A stretch of DNA of 64,000 bases from Cenococcum geophilum (taxonomy: Eukaryota): NCBI GenBank assembly GCA_050273025.1, contig CP158635.1:5890001-5954000 (forward strand). Reading direction: 5' to 3'. Position 1 is the stretch's first letter; every line of letters begins with the position of its first letter. Positions 14,901 to 27,300 of the stretch are shown here, one piece after another. The position numbers and the translations under genes were made by a program. A model generated the notes under the pieces. It had not been told where the DNA came from. It saw only the letters and a list, made by a program, of their open reading frames with translations, and searched no databases.

Positions 14901-17900
14901 CCTAACCTGGTACCCTGCGTAGAACTTTATAGGCTGCCCTTAGAAGCTTAAAGAATTCTATAACTAATACCCTAATGCGCCTAGACCCCTAAAGTACCTA
15001 GACGAATAGATGGAATGCTGGTATAATAAAGACGATAAGTTACCGGAAGAATATAGGGATAAAAACGCCCTAAAGCCCTAATACAGCTGTCTACCAAATT
15101 CTGCCATATTCTGCCGTTTTCTGCTAGTACCGTAAAATTTCAGATGTCTAGGAACTTCGACCGCCGGTTAAAGTTGTCTAATTGGTTAGATCCGTGCCAA
15201 GACTTTTAACGGCTACTCTTTCTGGCCTAGTGCTTCCACTTAGCCCACAATCGCCCTTTGTACTTAGTTAGGACGGACTTGTATCCCTTTTGTCTCCTTA
15301 TCTTATATTTTTATAATCCTACGTTTATAAGCCTAGTACTACCCTATTTTTTCTAACTAAGCCTAAGGGCAGGCTTTCTTTTAAAGAGGGGGGTGATGTA
15401 ACGGCGCTATCGCACGTTACCTGCCAAATTCTGCCATATTCTACCGACCTGTGATTAGCCCGCCTAAAGCTAGCGCCTTAGCGGCTCACCCTATATATTT
15501 GTTTACATTGGTCCTAGCGACCCCTTTTCCTTCTCTTTAGCTTAGTATCTTCGTAATATAGCATTCTATAAGCTTCGGTTCAGAGGCATTTGTACGAGCC
15601 GTGACAGCCACTATAGCTGCGCTTTTATAGTATAGGGAACCTACCCCCCTTAAGTTAATAACCAGGTATATAATTATAATATAACCAAATATAGAATAAG
15701 CAGAGGGGCTTAGGGGATAATTAGAAACAGAAGTCCTTATAGAGATATATAAAGAGGTTTATAACGCTGTTATAGTCTAATACCTTAAGAGCGGAGATAT
15801 TAGAGTTACCCTAAAGGACTAATAGGTAAAGAAACGAGCCGTAAGAGTAGGGGATAGGCTAGGAGAACGTATTAGCATAAAAGTACTCCGTAAGAATTAC
15901 CTAGTTAAGGTCCTAGTGGTTCCTATAAGCCTTAGGGTAGAAAAGGGACGCTAGGCGGACAATACAGCAATTATATAGGAGATAGTAAGATAAACGGAAC
16001 GCCTTATACTAGGACTCAAAATCACCCGAATTTAATAGCTTTAATAGGAAAATACAAACTAAGTATATAATAAGAACAATAAGAGGATATAAGGGTCGCT
16101 AGAGACTTACTAGGGAGACGCTAAACGAACGTATGGCTCCCTTATCGTTAGTATATATACACTAGGAATACAAAAACTCCTTATCTAAAAAGGAATAATT
16201 ATAAATGGCCTTATATATAACATAAGGCTCTATAACCATAGACTACGCCTAGAATAATACTATCGCTATATATAATAGGGACACACCTAATCTATATACG
16301 CAGCACAGGTGTGCTGCGGCCACTGTGTAGGCCTCTATGATATAAGATATTGCTTAAATTAAGACTAAATAAAATACGTAAACTGCCACCAAAGTATATA
16401 TAAGGCGTGGGAGAGAGAAGACTGCATTAAATACAGGAGACGGAAGGTAAGGGCTTAATAGCTGCGGGAATAACTGCACGCTAGATTATACGAATGGAAA
16501 CAATAGGCGATAAGCTAGGGGGACGTAGGCGCCTTTCTAGCGTTTCTTACCTTTAATACTAGAGGGCTAGGCCAGCCATCCTAAGCCTTAACGGGCTAGA
16601 AGCGACGCTATGCAACATTACCAGACCGATTAGGGATATAAGGGTCATAGGGGATATAAGGGAGAGGACGCCCCGTAGGAAGACCCCTATAGACAGCGAT
16701 AGTAGGCTTAAGACCAGGACAATTAAGAATTAGACTTAATGCAGTAAATATAATATTTGCAGCCGACCTATAAAGGGTATATAGCCGATTAGTAAGAATA
16801 AGGGAAGAACTGGTAATAATAATAGATTTAAATATAGAAGCGCTAACAGGAACATAAGATATAGGAATAAAAAGCTCTATATAAAATAAGTAGTAACTAA
16901 GGTATAGATATAAGAGATAGAAGCTCTAAATATCCTAAAGAAAGTGGAAACAGAAGAAGTGAGGAATAAAGGAAAGTTAAAGGACCCTTGCTAGGGGTCC
17001 GCTACCTATCTATTATATAGTATAACTGCGGTAACATAAACCACCGCCTTGTAAGGCCCCTACTAGACAGTCTAGACCTAGAGAAATACTATATCCTTGC
17101 TATATAAGAACCGTATTATAATACCTTTATACAATTAATATACTGCCCCTAAGGATTCCAGCTCCTATACGAACCAAAAGCAGCTATACGCGTGTGCTTT
17201 ATAATTAGTAAGGCTATTAGCCTGTCCTTATAGTTATAGCAGGTAGTTAACCTAGATATTGTAGTTATAATAATCTAAATATATAGGGGACCGGTACAAA
17301 TTATTAATATATATAACCCTAGGGTTAAAGGGGTCCTATAAATAGAGAATATTATATTAGTAATAAGCTTACTGGAAACTAAAGGTACAGAGTCTATTTT
17401 ACTAGGAGATATAAACCTCTACTACCTGCGGTAGGGGGGTATCCATATTGCTGTAGATTAATAGTTAGAGTGCCTACTAAGAGCTATAGATATTTGGGGC
17501 CTTAAGCTAGCTACCCCCCTAGGAGCAATTACATAGCAACGAGGTACTGCTAAAAGCATAATCGACCTTATATTTATGGACGAAGGCCTATACTAGAGAC
17601 TTAAAAAGTGCAACCCTAAAGAAGAATGGGCACTTACCCTAGACTATATCCCTATCTAGATATAGCTAGACTTAGATACTAAAGCGTAACTAAATAGAAA
17701 AAGATACGCAATAAGGAAGCTTAAGATAAACAGTTTCCTTAATGTAGTTAAACAATAACTCTAAAACCTAGAAGAAATCCACTTAATACCAAACGAGCGA
17801 GGCTTATTGGCTACCCCTAAGGAAATTAACTAAAGACTAGAAAGGATCTAGGCAGCAATTAAAAATAGGCTAGAAGAGCACTGCCCGATCTTAAAACTAG

Positions 17901-20697
17901 GCCCCTATACGCGATATATATGGTCTATATAATGTGTAGTTCTAGTTACCAGCCAATAATAAGCAAGAAGGAAATATATAAGTAGCTATAACCCTAAAGA
18001 TAAGAGATAATATAAAGACATAAGAAACTAGCTAAAGAATACCCTAAAAAAAGAAGTAAGGAATAACTAGAGACGGTTTATAAATAAGCATACTTCTAAC
18101 CTAAGCCTCCCCTATAATAAGGGCCTTTGGGCTATAGCAAAATGGGTAAAAAAAAAGGTAGGGCGCTTAGTAGAAGACCTATACCTACTACCCCTATAAA
18201 GAGTAGGAGAATTACAGGCTATAAACAACAACGATAAGAAGGCAAAGATCCTTATAGAAAGGTTCTTCCCCTAACTAGCTCTAGCAGACTTTAGTAATAT
18301 TACGGGCAAAACACCGGTGACTTGCCTACGGGTCAACAGCGACATAATAATAGAGGAAATGGCTAGAACTATTAGCCGCCTTTTAAATAATATAGCACTA
18401 GGACCAGATAGGATTCTAAATAAGGCCCTAAAAACCTATAGGCCACTTATAGTACCTTAGCTTGCAGATATAGCTAGAGCATACTTTACTATAGGCTACT
18501 ACCCGCGACTTGGAAGATCTATAACGACAGTTGTCCTATAAAAAAAAGGTAAAGTAGATTACTTAATCCTAGGAAGCTACCGCCCTATTGCCTTAGAAAA
18601 CACCCTTAGCAAGATCTTAGAAAGGGTAATAGCGGAACATATAGTAGACACGGTAGAGGAACACGCCTATATACTATAAAGCCAAATAGGGGCAAGAAAG
18701 AACCGCTTAACACTATCAGTACTTACGCTACTCGCTGCCACTATTAAATCTGCATGGGCGATGCGAAAGGACTTTATAGTATTAATGCTTAGCCTAGACA
18801 TTAGTGGTGCCTACAATAATATACCCCACGAGCGTCTCCTGCATATCCTTAGGGCAAAGGGCTTCCTAAAATAGATTATATAATTTATCTAAGGGTTTAT
18901 AGGCCAGAAAGAAACTTTACTAGTCTTTAGCGGATACCAAAGCCCCCCTATTGCAGTTGCAACAGGAATACTATAAGGATTACCCCTCTCGCCTATACTC
19001 TTCCTTTTCTTTATAAGTAACCTACTTAACTTCTTTAAGAAAGGGGCGACCTAGGGGATAGGCTTTGTTAACGATATAAACCTAATTATATATGGGCCAA
19101 CAGCCGTAGAGAATTGTAGAACACTAGAGAAAGCCTATAACACTTATATAGAATGGGCAAAATGTTATAAAGTCTAATTCTTATTAGAGAAATACCAGCT
19201 AATCTATTTTATAAGAAAACGTAACTAATCTGCAGATCTCTAGTATATAATTCGCATCTAAGGCTTTAGGGGTTAACCAGTTTAGGGCTTAAGGGTATTA
19301 AGAGTATAGGTAGATAGTAAGCTCTGGTAGAGCGTATATGCGGCGTAAGCGGCCCGTAAAGGCTAAGCACAGTTTATTGCTTTATCTAGGATTATTAACT
19401 TTATATAGGGTCTATACTTCTAGAGGTTACGCCTACTATATACAGTAGTCGTCCGGCCAACTATAATATATAGATCTAGTATTTGGGCCATTAGAGAAAC
19501 TAAGAAGGGCCCCCCTAAATTACTTCTTAAACTACTTTAAAAGGTCTAGACTGCCTACCTCTAAAGTATTATAGGTGGGTATAAGCGAACGGCCACAGCA
19601 CTGCTTAAGAAGGAATCTAATATTCCCCCCCTATAGTTATATATTAAAGCCGCTGTAATATAAAGGACGTAAAATAAACGCAACTCTAATATTATAAAGT
19701 ATATTAAGACACGCCTAAGTAAACTATGGAGGGACCCTAGGGTGCCCTATAGGAGAATAAACCAATAACTCTAAAGTAGGGAAGAGATATTAGAGAAACA
19801 GGTAAAGAAAGTAGAAGAAGAATGGTGCCGCTTTAGGGCCTAGGCCTATATAGAGGAGGAAGGGAGACGCGTAAGAGGTTAGTAAAGATAATAGTAAGAC
19901 AAAGAAAGGAGCTAAAGTAGAATATGTAAGAATGCTAGGAAACTATCTACTGTAATGCAATACTGGTTGGACCAACGCTAGAGAGGTAAATGGGAGTTAA
20001 AGGTATAGAGGCTGACTTAGGTAAGATAAACCTAAGCTATAGTATAGTTAACGCTATGGGGGGTAAATACCTAAGGGCTCCGAGAAGGCCTAATAAAGGT
20101 AGAAAATATAATAGCAATACTCTTAAGAACAGGAATAATAGGACTAAAAGATTAGCTTTACTGGGTGGGTGTCCTAGTAGATAGCCTGAGATGTAAATGT
20201 GGCTGGCTAAGACAGACACCAAAACACGTAATACTGCTATGCCCCCTACGCACTAATTAAGAAATAATGCTCTTAGTAGCTGGCATAGAGAACTATAATA
20301 CACTACTCTTAATATAAAAAGGCCTTAAGGCGGTTACCTAGTGGCTTATTAGTTAAAATATGCTAAATCAGTTCCGGGTTATAAGGGAAATGGTAATAGA
20401 AGGTAAGGGGGCGAGCAGTAGGTGCCCCCTAGTAACTCTACAGTAGTAGAGTAATAGTTTATAATACTAGCGCGTCCGTAGGCTTATTACGGCAGCAGTG
20501 GTTCCTAAGGAGGTTAAATAGTAAGGTAGTAGAGCATTATAGGCGACTTATAGGCGCTAAGTAGGCGAGTCCTAAAAGGCGGGGAGATGGATTATAGGGT
20601 TTTCTTATTTTTCTTAAATAGAGTTTTCTCCCTATATATAAATAAGGAGTAGTCTATATAGGCCTAATAGGGATCTAAATCGGACGTTAAGCAATGA

Positions 20698-20723
<26 letters not shown>
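8943..20723 (+). mobile_element. Tad-like LINE copy B, full length, RIPed; ORF1 with CCHC knuckles (~16255-16430), ORF2 endonuclease-RT (~17000-20470)
   Basis: TSD tatatactaa(t/c)aata at 8928-8942 and 20724-20738, and a (TTA)n tail. RT motifs GIL*GLPLSPILFLFLISNL (GIPQGSPLSP) and GFVND (FVDD). The endonuclease start resembles QYNC. Confidence 0.93.
9420..15606 (+). mobile_element. Ty3/Gypsy chromovirus 1, full length, RIPed; LTRs 9420-9629 and 15397-15606; gag ~9860-11020, pol (PR-RT-RH-IN-chromodomain) ~11020-15080
   Basis: 210-bp LTRs with TG..CA ends (5' copy RIPed), TSD gccac at 9415-9419 and 15607-15611, and a PPT before the 3' LTR. YLDDI at ~12585, RNase H motif NYEVYDKEMLAI, and a chromodomain KGYNPD.TWYPA. 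Confidence 0.95.
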
Positions 20724-20729
<6 letters not shown>

Positions 20730-21759
20730 CTAACAATAAGGGAGCTATACGTTTGTTTGGTGTCTCCCTAGCAAGTCTCTAGCAACCCTTATATCCTCTT
20801 ATTATTCTTATTATATACTTAGTTTATATTTTCCTATTAAAGCTATTAGATTTAGGTAATTTTAAGTCCTAGTATAAGGCGTTCCGTTTATCTTACTATC
20901 TTCTATATAATTGCTATATTATCCGCCTAGCGTCCCTTTTTTACCCTAAGGCTTATAGGAACCGCTAGGACTTTAACTAGGTAATCCTTACGAAGTACTT
21001 TTATGCCAATACGTTCTCCTAGCCTATCCCCTACTCTTACGGCTTATTCCTTTATCTATTAGTCCTTTAAGGTAACTCTAATATCTCCGCTCTTAAGGTA
21101 TTAGACTATAATAATGTTGTAAACCTCTTTACGTATCTTTATAAGGACTTCTATTTCTAATTATCCCCTAAGCCCCTCTACTTATTCTATATTTGGTTAT
21201 ATTATAATTATATACCCAGTTATTAACTTAAGGGGGGTAGGTTCCCTATACTATAAAAGCATAACTATAGCGGCCTAGGTGCGGTTTGCTAGTAAAGGGG
21301 AATTATACTTATTTTTAATTTTGCTTAGCCGTTAGAGGATTTAATTAAGGGTTTGCTAAAGGGGCGCCTAAGGTTTACTAGACTAGCGGAGCCATTCTAC
21401 TAGCTATATTAGTTTGTTATAGCTAACAGTTACTCCCCCGCAATTCTAAATACTAAACACGTTTAATAGGCTTTATATTTTATTAGATACCTTCTTAATA
21501 GAGGTATTTCCACTTTGTGGTGTAGTATTCGCCCGTCTTTGTTGTAAAGGGCTATTACTGGGCGTAGTTCTAGCGGTCGCGCGCGAGTGCGAGCCACCGT
21601 TGTTTGACGTGTGCCTTCCCTGCGATGCATGCATCTTAGGGGGATTCTCTAGGTGTTTTTCAGGGTTCTTTTGGTTGGTTTTGGTCTTTTTAGGCCAGGT
21701 GCAGCAAGAGCTCCTTCAAACTTAGGTGGGTAGGTTTACCTCCGTATATATAAATATAG

Positions 21760-23103
21760 CTAAGGCCACCGCAAAGAACTTATTAAGGCCCTACCTAGAG
21801 AACTCGTTAAGGCCCCTCTATAAGGGCCTATCTGGTATCCAGTACAATCAGATGACTTAGAAGAGGGTCTTAATAGGCGTGGTGCGCGCGACCTGGGGGA
21901 CGGCGACGCGACGGCGCTGCGATGGCGACGCGACGGCGACCAGACGGCCTAACGAGGTGGAAACACGGGCAAAGCTCTAGGCAGGGAAACACAGGCCAGC
22001 TTCGACGGCCCCATGGCGTTTAACTCACAGTTGACTTACAGGCAACTCACAGGAGGGTCTTAATAGGCGTGGTGCACGTAACCTAATGCGTATATGCATA
22101 AGGCGACTCACAGGAGGGTCTTAATAGGCGTGGTGTACGCAACCCAATATATATATATGGGGGAGGCTATAAGGGAAACACAGGCCAGTTAGATAAGGAC
22201 TCGATAGTTAGAGACATAGGCTAGCTTATAAAAGGGGGGGACACAAGCTTAGTTAGTAGGAGAGGGGAGAGTAGGTTGTCTGGTGTGGGACCTAGTGTCT
22301 CTATAGCCCCTCTCCTATAAGACACGATCGGCCTATTATAGGGAGACCCTTACAGGCAACGCGAAACGGGAGCTGGTAGTATATAGGGTATTACGCCCCT
22401 ATATTACTACTAGCCTCCTATAAGGCATAGTGCGTAGTAGCTACTGCTAGCTCTAGGGACCTTACCCCTTAGCTAGGCTTTGACCCCTGGTGCACCTAGT
22501 ATATAGGTAGGATTACATCCTGGCCGGAGAAGACTGCTATGTGGCTTAAGAGAACGGATGCGCGTATTGGTATATTAATAGACGGAACCGCTCGCCTCTA
22601 GGGCGGCTCGCCGGTAAGATATGCTTAAGGAGCAAACAGGAGTTACTTAGGCAGGGGAGGCTTTTTTTAGTTTGGGCCTTAACTGCAGAAGGTACCTAAG
22701 GCTTCCATATTGCAGGATGCAGCCACGATGCCCTTATAGGATTACGCCAGTAGGTACGTAAGAAGGGAGTTATAACCCCTAAAAACGGCAGCTTATGCCT
22801 ATGCTGGCGGAAATAATAAAGAAAGGCGTAAAACTAGAGGCTATAGAAGGCTCCTAAGCCGTGCAAAAGCGTATTAACTTTAGGAGGAGACTCTTATATA
22901 GACCGCTGGGGGGCGGTCTAGTACTTAGGCTAATCCCATTATAAGATACCCAAAAGAATAGTGAAATTCCCCATTAATTGGTAGTGGTAGCTAACTGCTT
23001 ATGGAAAGCCCTAGGCCCTTAGGCTTGGTAAGGGAAAGCTACTTAAAAACTAAGGTAGAGGCCTAGATAAGCAGATATGTTAAACTCTACTATATAACTA
23101 CCT
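21760..23103 (+). other. 1.34-kb non-LINE, hairpin-rich segment forming the 5' part of retro-insertion C; candidate rDNA IGS/5'ETS copy
   Basis: It lies inside TSD atatataaatatag (21746-21759 and 30760-30773). It has three copies of agggtcttaataggcgtggtg and several stem-loops, and ends in TACCT just before LINE homology starts. The identity is an inference. Confidence 0.55.
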
Positions 23104-24303
23104 ACCAATCTATAAATCTCTAGTATGCAATTTATATTTAAGGCTTTAGGGGTTAACCAGTTTAAGGCCTAAGGGTATTAGGAGTATAGGTAGACAATAA
23201 GCTTTAGTGGAGCGTATATGCGGTATAAGCGGCCCGTAAGGGCCAAGTACAGTACATCGCAATATCTAGGATCGTCAATTTTATATAGGGTCCATGCTTC
23301 TAAAGGTCACGCCTACTATACATAGCAGTTGTCCGGCCAACCATAACGTATAGATCTAGTATTTGGGCTATAGGAGAAACCAAAAAGGCTCCCCTAAATC
23401 ACTCCTTAAACTACTTTAAAAGGTCTAAATAGCTTGCTTTTAAAGTATAATAGGCGGGTATAAGCGAACGGCCACAGCACTGCTTAAGAAGGAAGCTAAT
23501 ATCCCCCCCCTATAATTATATATTAAAGCCGCTGCAATATAAAGGGTGCAAAGAGAGCGTAACTCTAATATTATAAAGTATATTAAGACACGCCTAAACA
23601 AACTATGGAGTAACCCTAGGGTGCCCTATAGGAGAGCAAACTAACAACCCTAAAGTAGGGAAGAGATATTAGAGAAATAGGTAGAGAAAGTAAAAGAAGA
23701 ATAGTGCCGCGCTAGGGCCCAGGCCTATATAGAGGAGGAAGGGAGACGCGTAAGAGACTAGTAAAGACAATAGTAAGAAAGAGAAAGGAGCTAAAGTAGA
23801 GCATAAAAGAGTACTAGGAAACTATCTACCGTAATATAATATTGGTTAGACCAATACTGGAGAGGTATATAGGAATTAAAGGTACAGAGGCTGTCGCAAA
23901 TAAGAGGAACCTAAGCCGTAGTATAGTTAACGCTATAGGGGGTAAACACCTAGGGGCTCTAAGAAGGCCTAATAAAGGTAAAAAATATAATAGCAACACT
24001 CCTAAGAACAGAAATAATAGGACTAAAATATTGGCTCTACTAGGTGGGTGTTCTAGTAGGTAGCCTAAGATGCGAATATAGTTGGCTAAGATAGACACTA
24101 AAACACGTAATACTATTATGCCCCCTACGCACTAACTAAGAAGTAATGCTCTTAGTAGCTAGTATAGAGAACTATAATATACTACTCTTAATATAAAAAG
24201 GTCTTAAGGCGGTTACCCAGTGGCTTATTAACTAAAATGTACTAGACCAGTTCCGGGTTATAAAGGAAATAGTAATAAAAGGCAAAGGGGCGAGTAGTAG
24301 GTA

Positions 24304-27300
24304 TGTTAGCGACTCAGTTAATCGAGACATAAGTACGGCAAAAGGGTCGCGCAAGCCTGTACGATTGGATTGTCTATAAACGAGAATCTAAAGCTAAAGA
24401 AAGGAAAGGAGAAGAAGGGGAGCGCCGCTCGAAGCTATATACGATCTTCACGTCACATAACCGCAATATGCGGCAATCTGTGGCAACTTGCCAGTGCGTA
24501 GTTCTGCTAAGTTCTGCCAGTGCTATAACATTACCCCCCCCTCTAAAAAAGCCTGCCCTTAGGCTTTGCCGCTAAAAGTCTTAGTAAGAGAATCTAACCA
24601 ATTAGACAACTTTAACCGCTGGTTAAAGTTCCTGGACATCTTAACACCTTACGTAACTAAAAAATTTCTAGGGTATTTTTGTTCTTATATTCTTCTAGTA
24701 GCTTATTATCTTCGTTATGCTAGCATTCTATCCACTTATCTAGGTACTTTAGCGGTTTAGGTTTATTAGGGTAACGGCTATAAAACTCCTAAAGCTTATA
24801 GGGGCTACCTATAAAGTTCTATATAGGGTACTAAGTGGGGTCTAGGTTATATCCTTTCTAACTAATATAATACTTTAACGTTCCCTTTACAAGTTTATAG
24901 GCCAGTATTTCTTTAATTTCCTATTTATTATTATCGTTAACTTAAATTAGCAGGGGAGGTTTATTCTTTTATCCGGGTAGTAGGTTATTTACAGCTTTCT
25001 ATAACTTATCCGGTAAGAAGATAGGGTAGACTTTAATTAAGTCTAAGAGCTTAACCTTATACAAGTTACCTACTTTATTAAAAATCTTATACGGTCCTGC
25101 TATCTTATAGTCCAGCTTATAGCTAGGCCGTTCTATCTTTTAGTTCTTTATTATAACCTAGACCATATCACCTATAGTAAAGTTAAGCTCGCGCCTATAC
25201 TTATTTACCTACTATTTTATTAATTTCTAGGCCTTTTTTAAGTTTATATAGGCTACTTTCTAGGCTTCTTCTAAGCGCTTAGCGTACTACTAGGCTTCCT
25301 TATAAGATAGTTTTTCACATACAGTTTAGGGCCCTTTTGGTCTTTCCCAGTCAAAGCTTATATAGGGTAGGTAACCCATTTCTAGTTAAATAGGGGCAAA
25401 TCCGGTAGAGTTATAGGGTAAGGTCGCTTAGGCATAGTCTATTAAGGGTAATAGTTTGGCCTAGTTATTTTAAAAGTAGTTAACAAAAGGCCGGAGCCTT
25501 TAGTTTAAGTATTAATTCACAATCTCCGTTTAACCGTTTATCTGGGGGTAATATACTATAAAAAGCTTTAGCTTAATACCTAGGATCTAGGTAAACTTAT
25601 TCTAAAAGGCTAATATAAACTGCGGCCTATAGTTAGATATAATAGTGTCTAGTAGTCCGTAAATTCGGTAGACGTAGTAAATATATAGTTAGGCTGCCTC
25701 TTTAGCATTAATATTTTTATAATAGGGGATTAAGAACGGGCGCTTGCTAAAGCAGTTAACTAGGATTATAACTATATTATATCCGTTATAGTCTAGAGGT
25801 AGCTTATAAAAGTCTATAGAGATATATTACTAGGGGCGGTTAGGTATTAGGAGGGGTTTTAATAGTCCTAGGGTCTTATCTCGTGGGATTATAGACCTAC
25901 AGCAGTTGTTATAGTTCCGTACATAGCGGTTGATATTTATAACTATTCCGGGCCAGTAGTAGCGGTCGCCAATAATCCTATAGGTCTTATTCTTTTTAGG
26001 GTAGGCCGTAGAGACCTAGGTATATGCTTTAGCAATAAGCTAAGTCCATAAGTTCTGTTCCTTTGCCACTACTAGCCATTTTTAATACTTAAGTAATCTA
26101 TTTTTAAGGGACCATAGGCTAGTAACGTTCTTTGCCTTTTTACGGTACTCCTATAGAGAAGGGGCCGTACGGTTTATTTGCAGTAATTCGTTAATTAAGT
26201 TAAGTCCTAAAGGGTTAATAGGATATATCTTGGCGCCTAAGGAGTCTATATTTAGTTCTGCCTATATCTAAGGGTTAAGGTGCTCTAGTTATAGTAGCGT
26301 CTAGGTCTATAATAAGATCTTCACAGCCGTATAGTTACCTAGGTCTTATTCGCGCCTAGTAAGAGTATCCGCACGGTTCGTAGCGCCTAGTCTATATATA
26401 ATTAAGAAGTTAAACTAAGATAGGATATCCGCCTAGCGTGCCTACCGGGCTATAAGGGCCTTAGTTGTTATAAAGTATTCTAAGGCCTTATAATCTAATA
26501 CTACTTTAATGGGTTTAGGGGTCCCCTCTAGCTAGGCACGCCAGTGCTAAAAGCTAGAGATAATAGCTAGCATTTCTTTATCATGGATATAGTAGTTTAG
26601 TTTAGCATCTATTATAGTATTTAAATAGTATGCTACAGGGTGCCATTCTCCGTCCAGTTACTTCTGGGAAAAAATACTAGTTATCGCGCTATTTAAGGCA
26701 TTAGTTTCTAGTATTAAGGGCCGTTCTAGGTTAAAGTGGGTAAGTAGGGGGGCTAATACTAGCCGTTTTTTAAGCTTATTAAAGGCCTGTATATATATAG
26801 CGTTAAAGTAAAAGGGCTGGTTTTTTCTAGTAAGGCGGTTAAGAGGCCAGGCGATTCTGCTATAGTTCTTAATAAAGCGTTAATAGAAGTTACAGAAACC
26901 TAAAAATAATTATACCCCTTTTACGGTCCGTAGGGGCGTCTACTAATTAATTATGGTCGTTTTCTTTAGGTCGGCCTTAATTCCGTCCATGCTGATAATA
27001 AAACCTAGGTACTTTATACGCTTAATACTGAATTCCGACTTCTTAATATTGGCCTAGAGGCCAGCTTCGCGGAGCCGTTATAGGACTTTATAGACGTGCT
27101 CCTCGTGTTTCAGTTTATTCTCTAAGTAAATTATAATATTATCTAGATAGGCCGTATAGAAGTCATTAAGGTAGTTAAAGAGTACATTGTTTATATACCG
27201 CTGGTATATAGCTAGTCCATTAGTTAGTCTAAAAGGGAGTACCTTATATTTATACGTCCCGTAACGGGTCTAGAATATAGTAAGATCCTTAGACCCGGGG

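Larger units (their letters stand above)
4374..21735 (-). mobile_element. Tad-like LINE copy A, full length, RIPed; interrupted in ORF1 by LINE B (own sequence 4374-8942 and 20724-21735)
   Basis: (AAT)n tail at ~4374-4387. TSD ttacctccgtatata at 4359-4373 and 21736-21750. It is the reverse complement of LINE B throughout. Confidence 0.92.

Noticed and set aside
21945..21985. Hammerhead ribozyme-like core (ctaacgag..gaaac)
   Set aside because: The stem II/GAAA geometry and stems I/III do not fit; it is only a small GAAA-loop hairpin.
22770..22785. Telomerase RNA template-like taacccctaa
   Set aside because: It has an extra C relative to TAACCCTAA, and no other support was seen.
4863..24760. 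Short ORFs in the track (4863, 10193, 11839, 12880, 19990, 23826, 24566 etc.) as genes
   Set aside because: Stop-free remnants or antisense frames of RIPed LINE and Gypsy ORFs.
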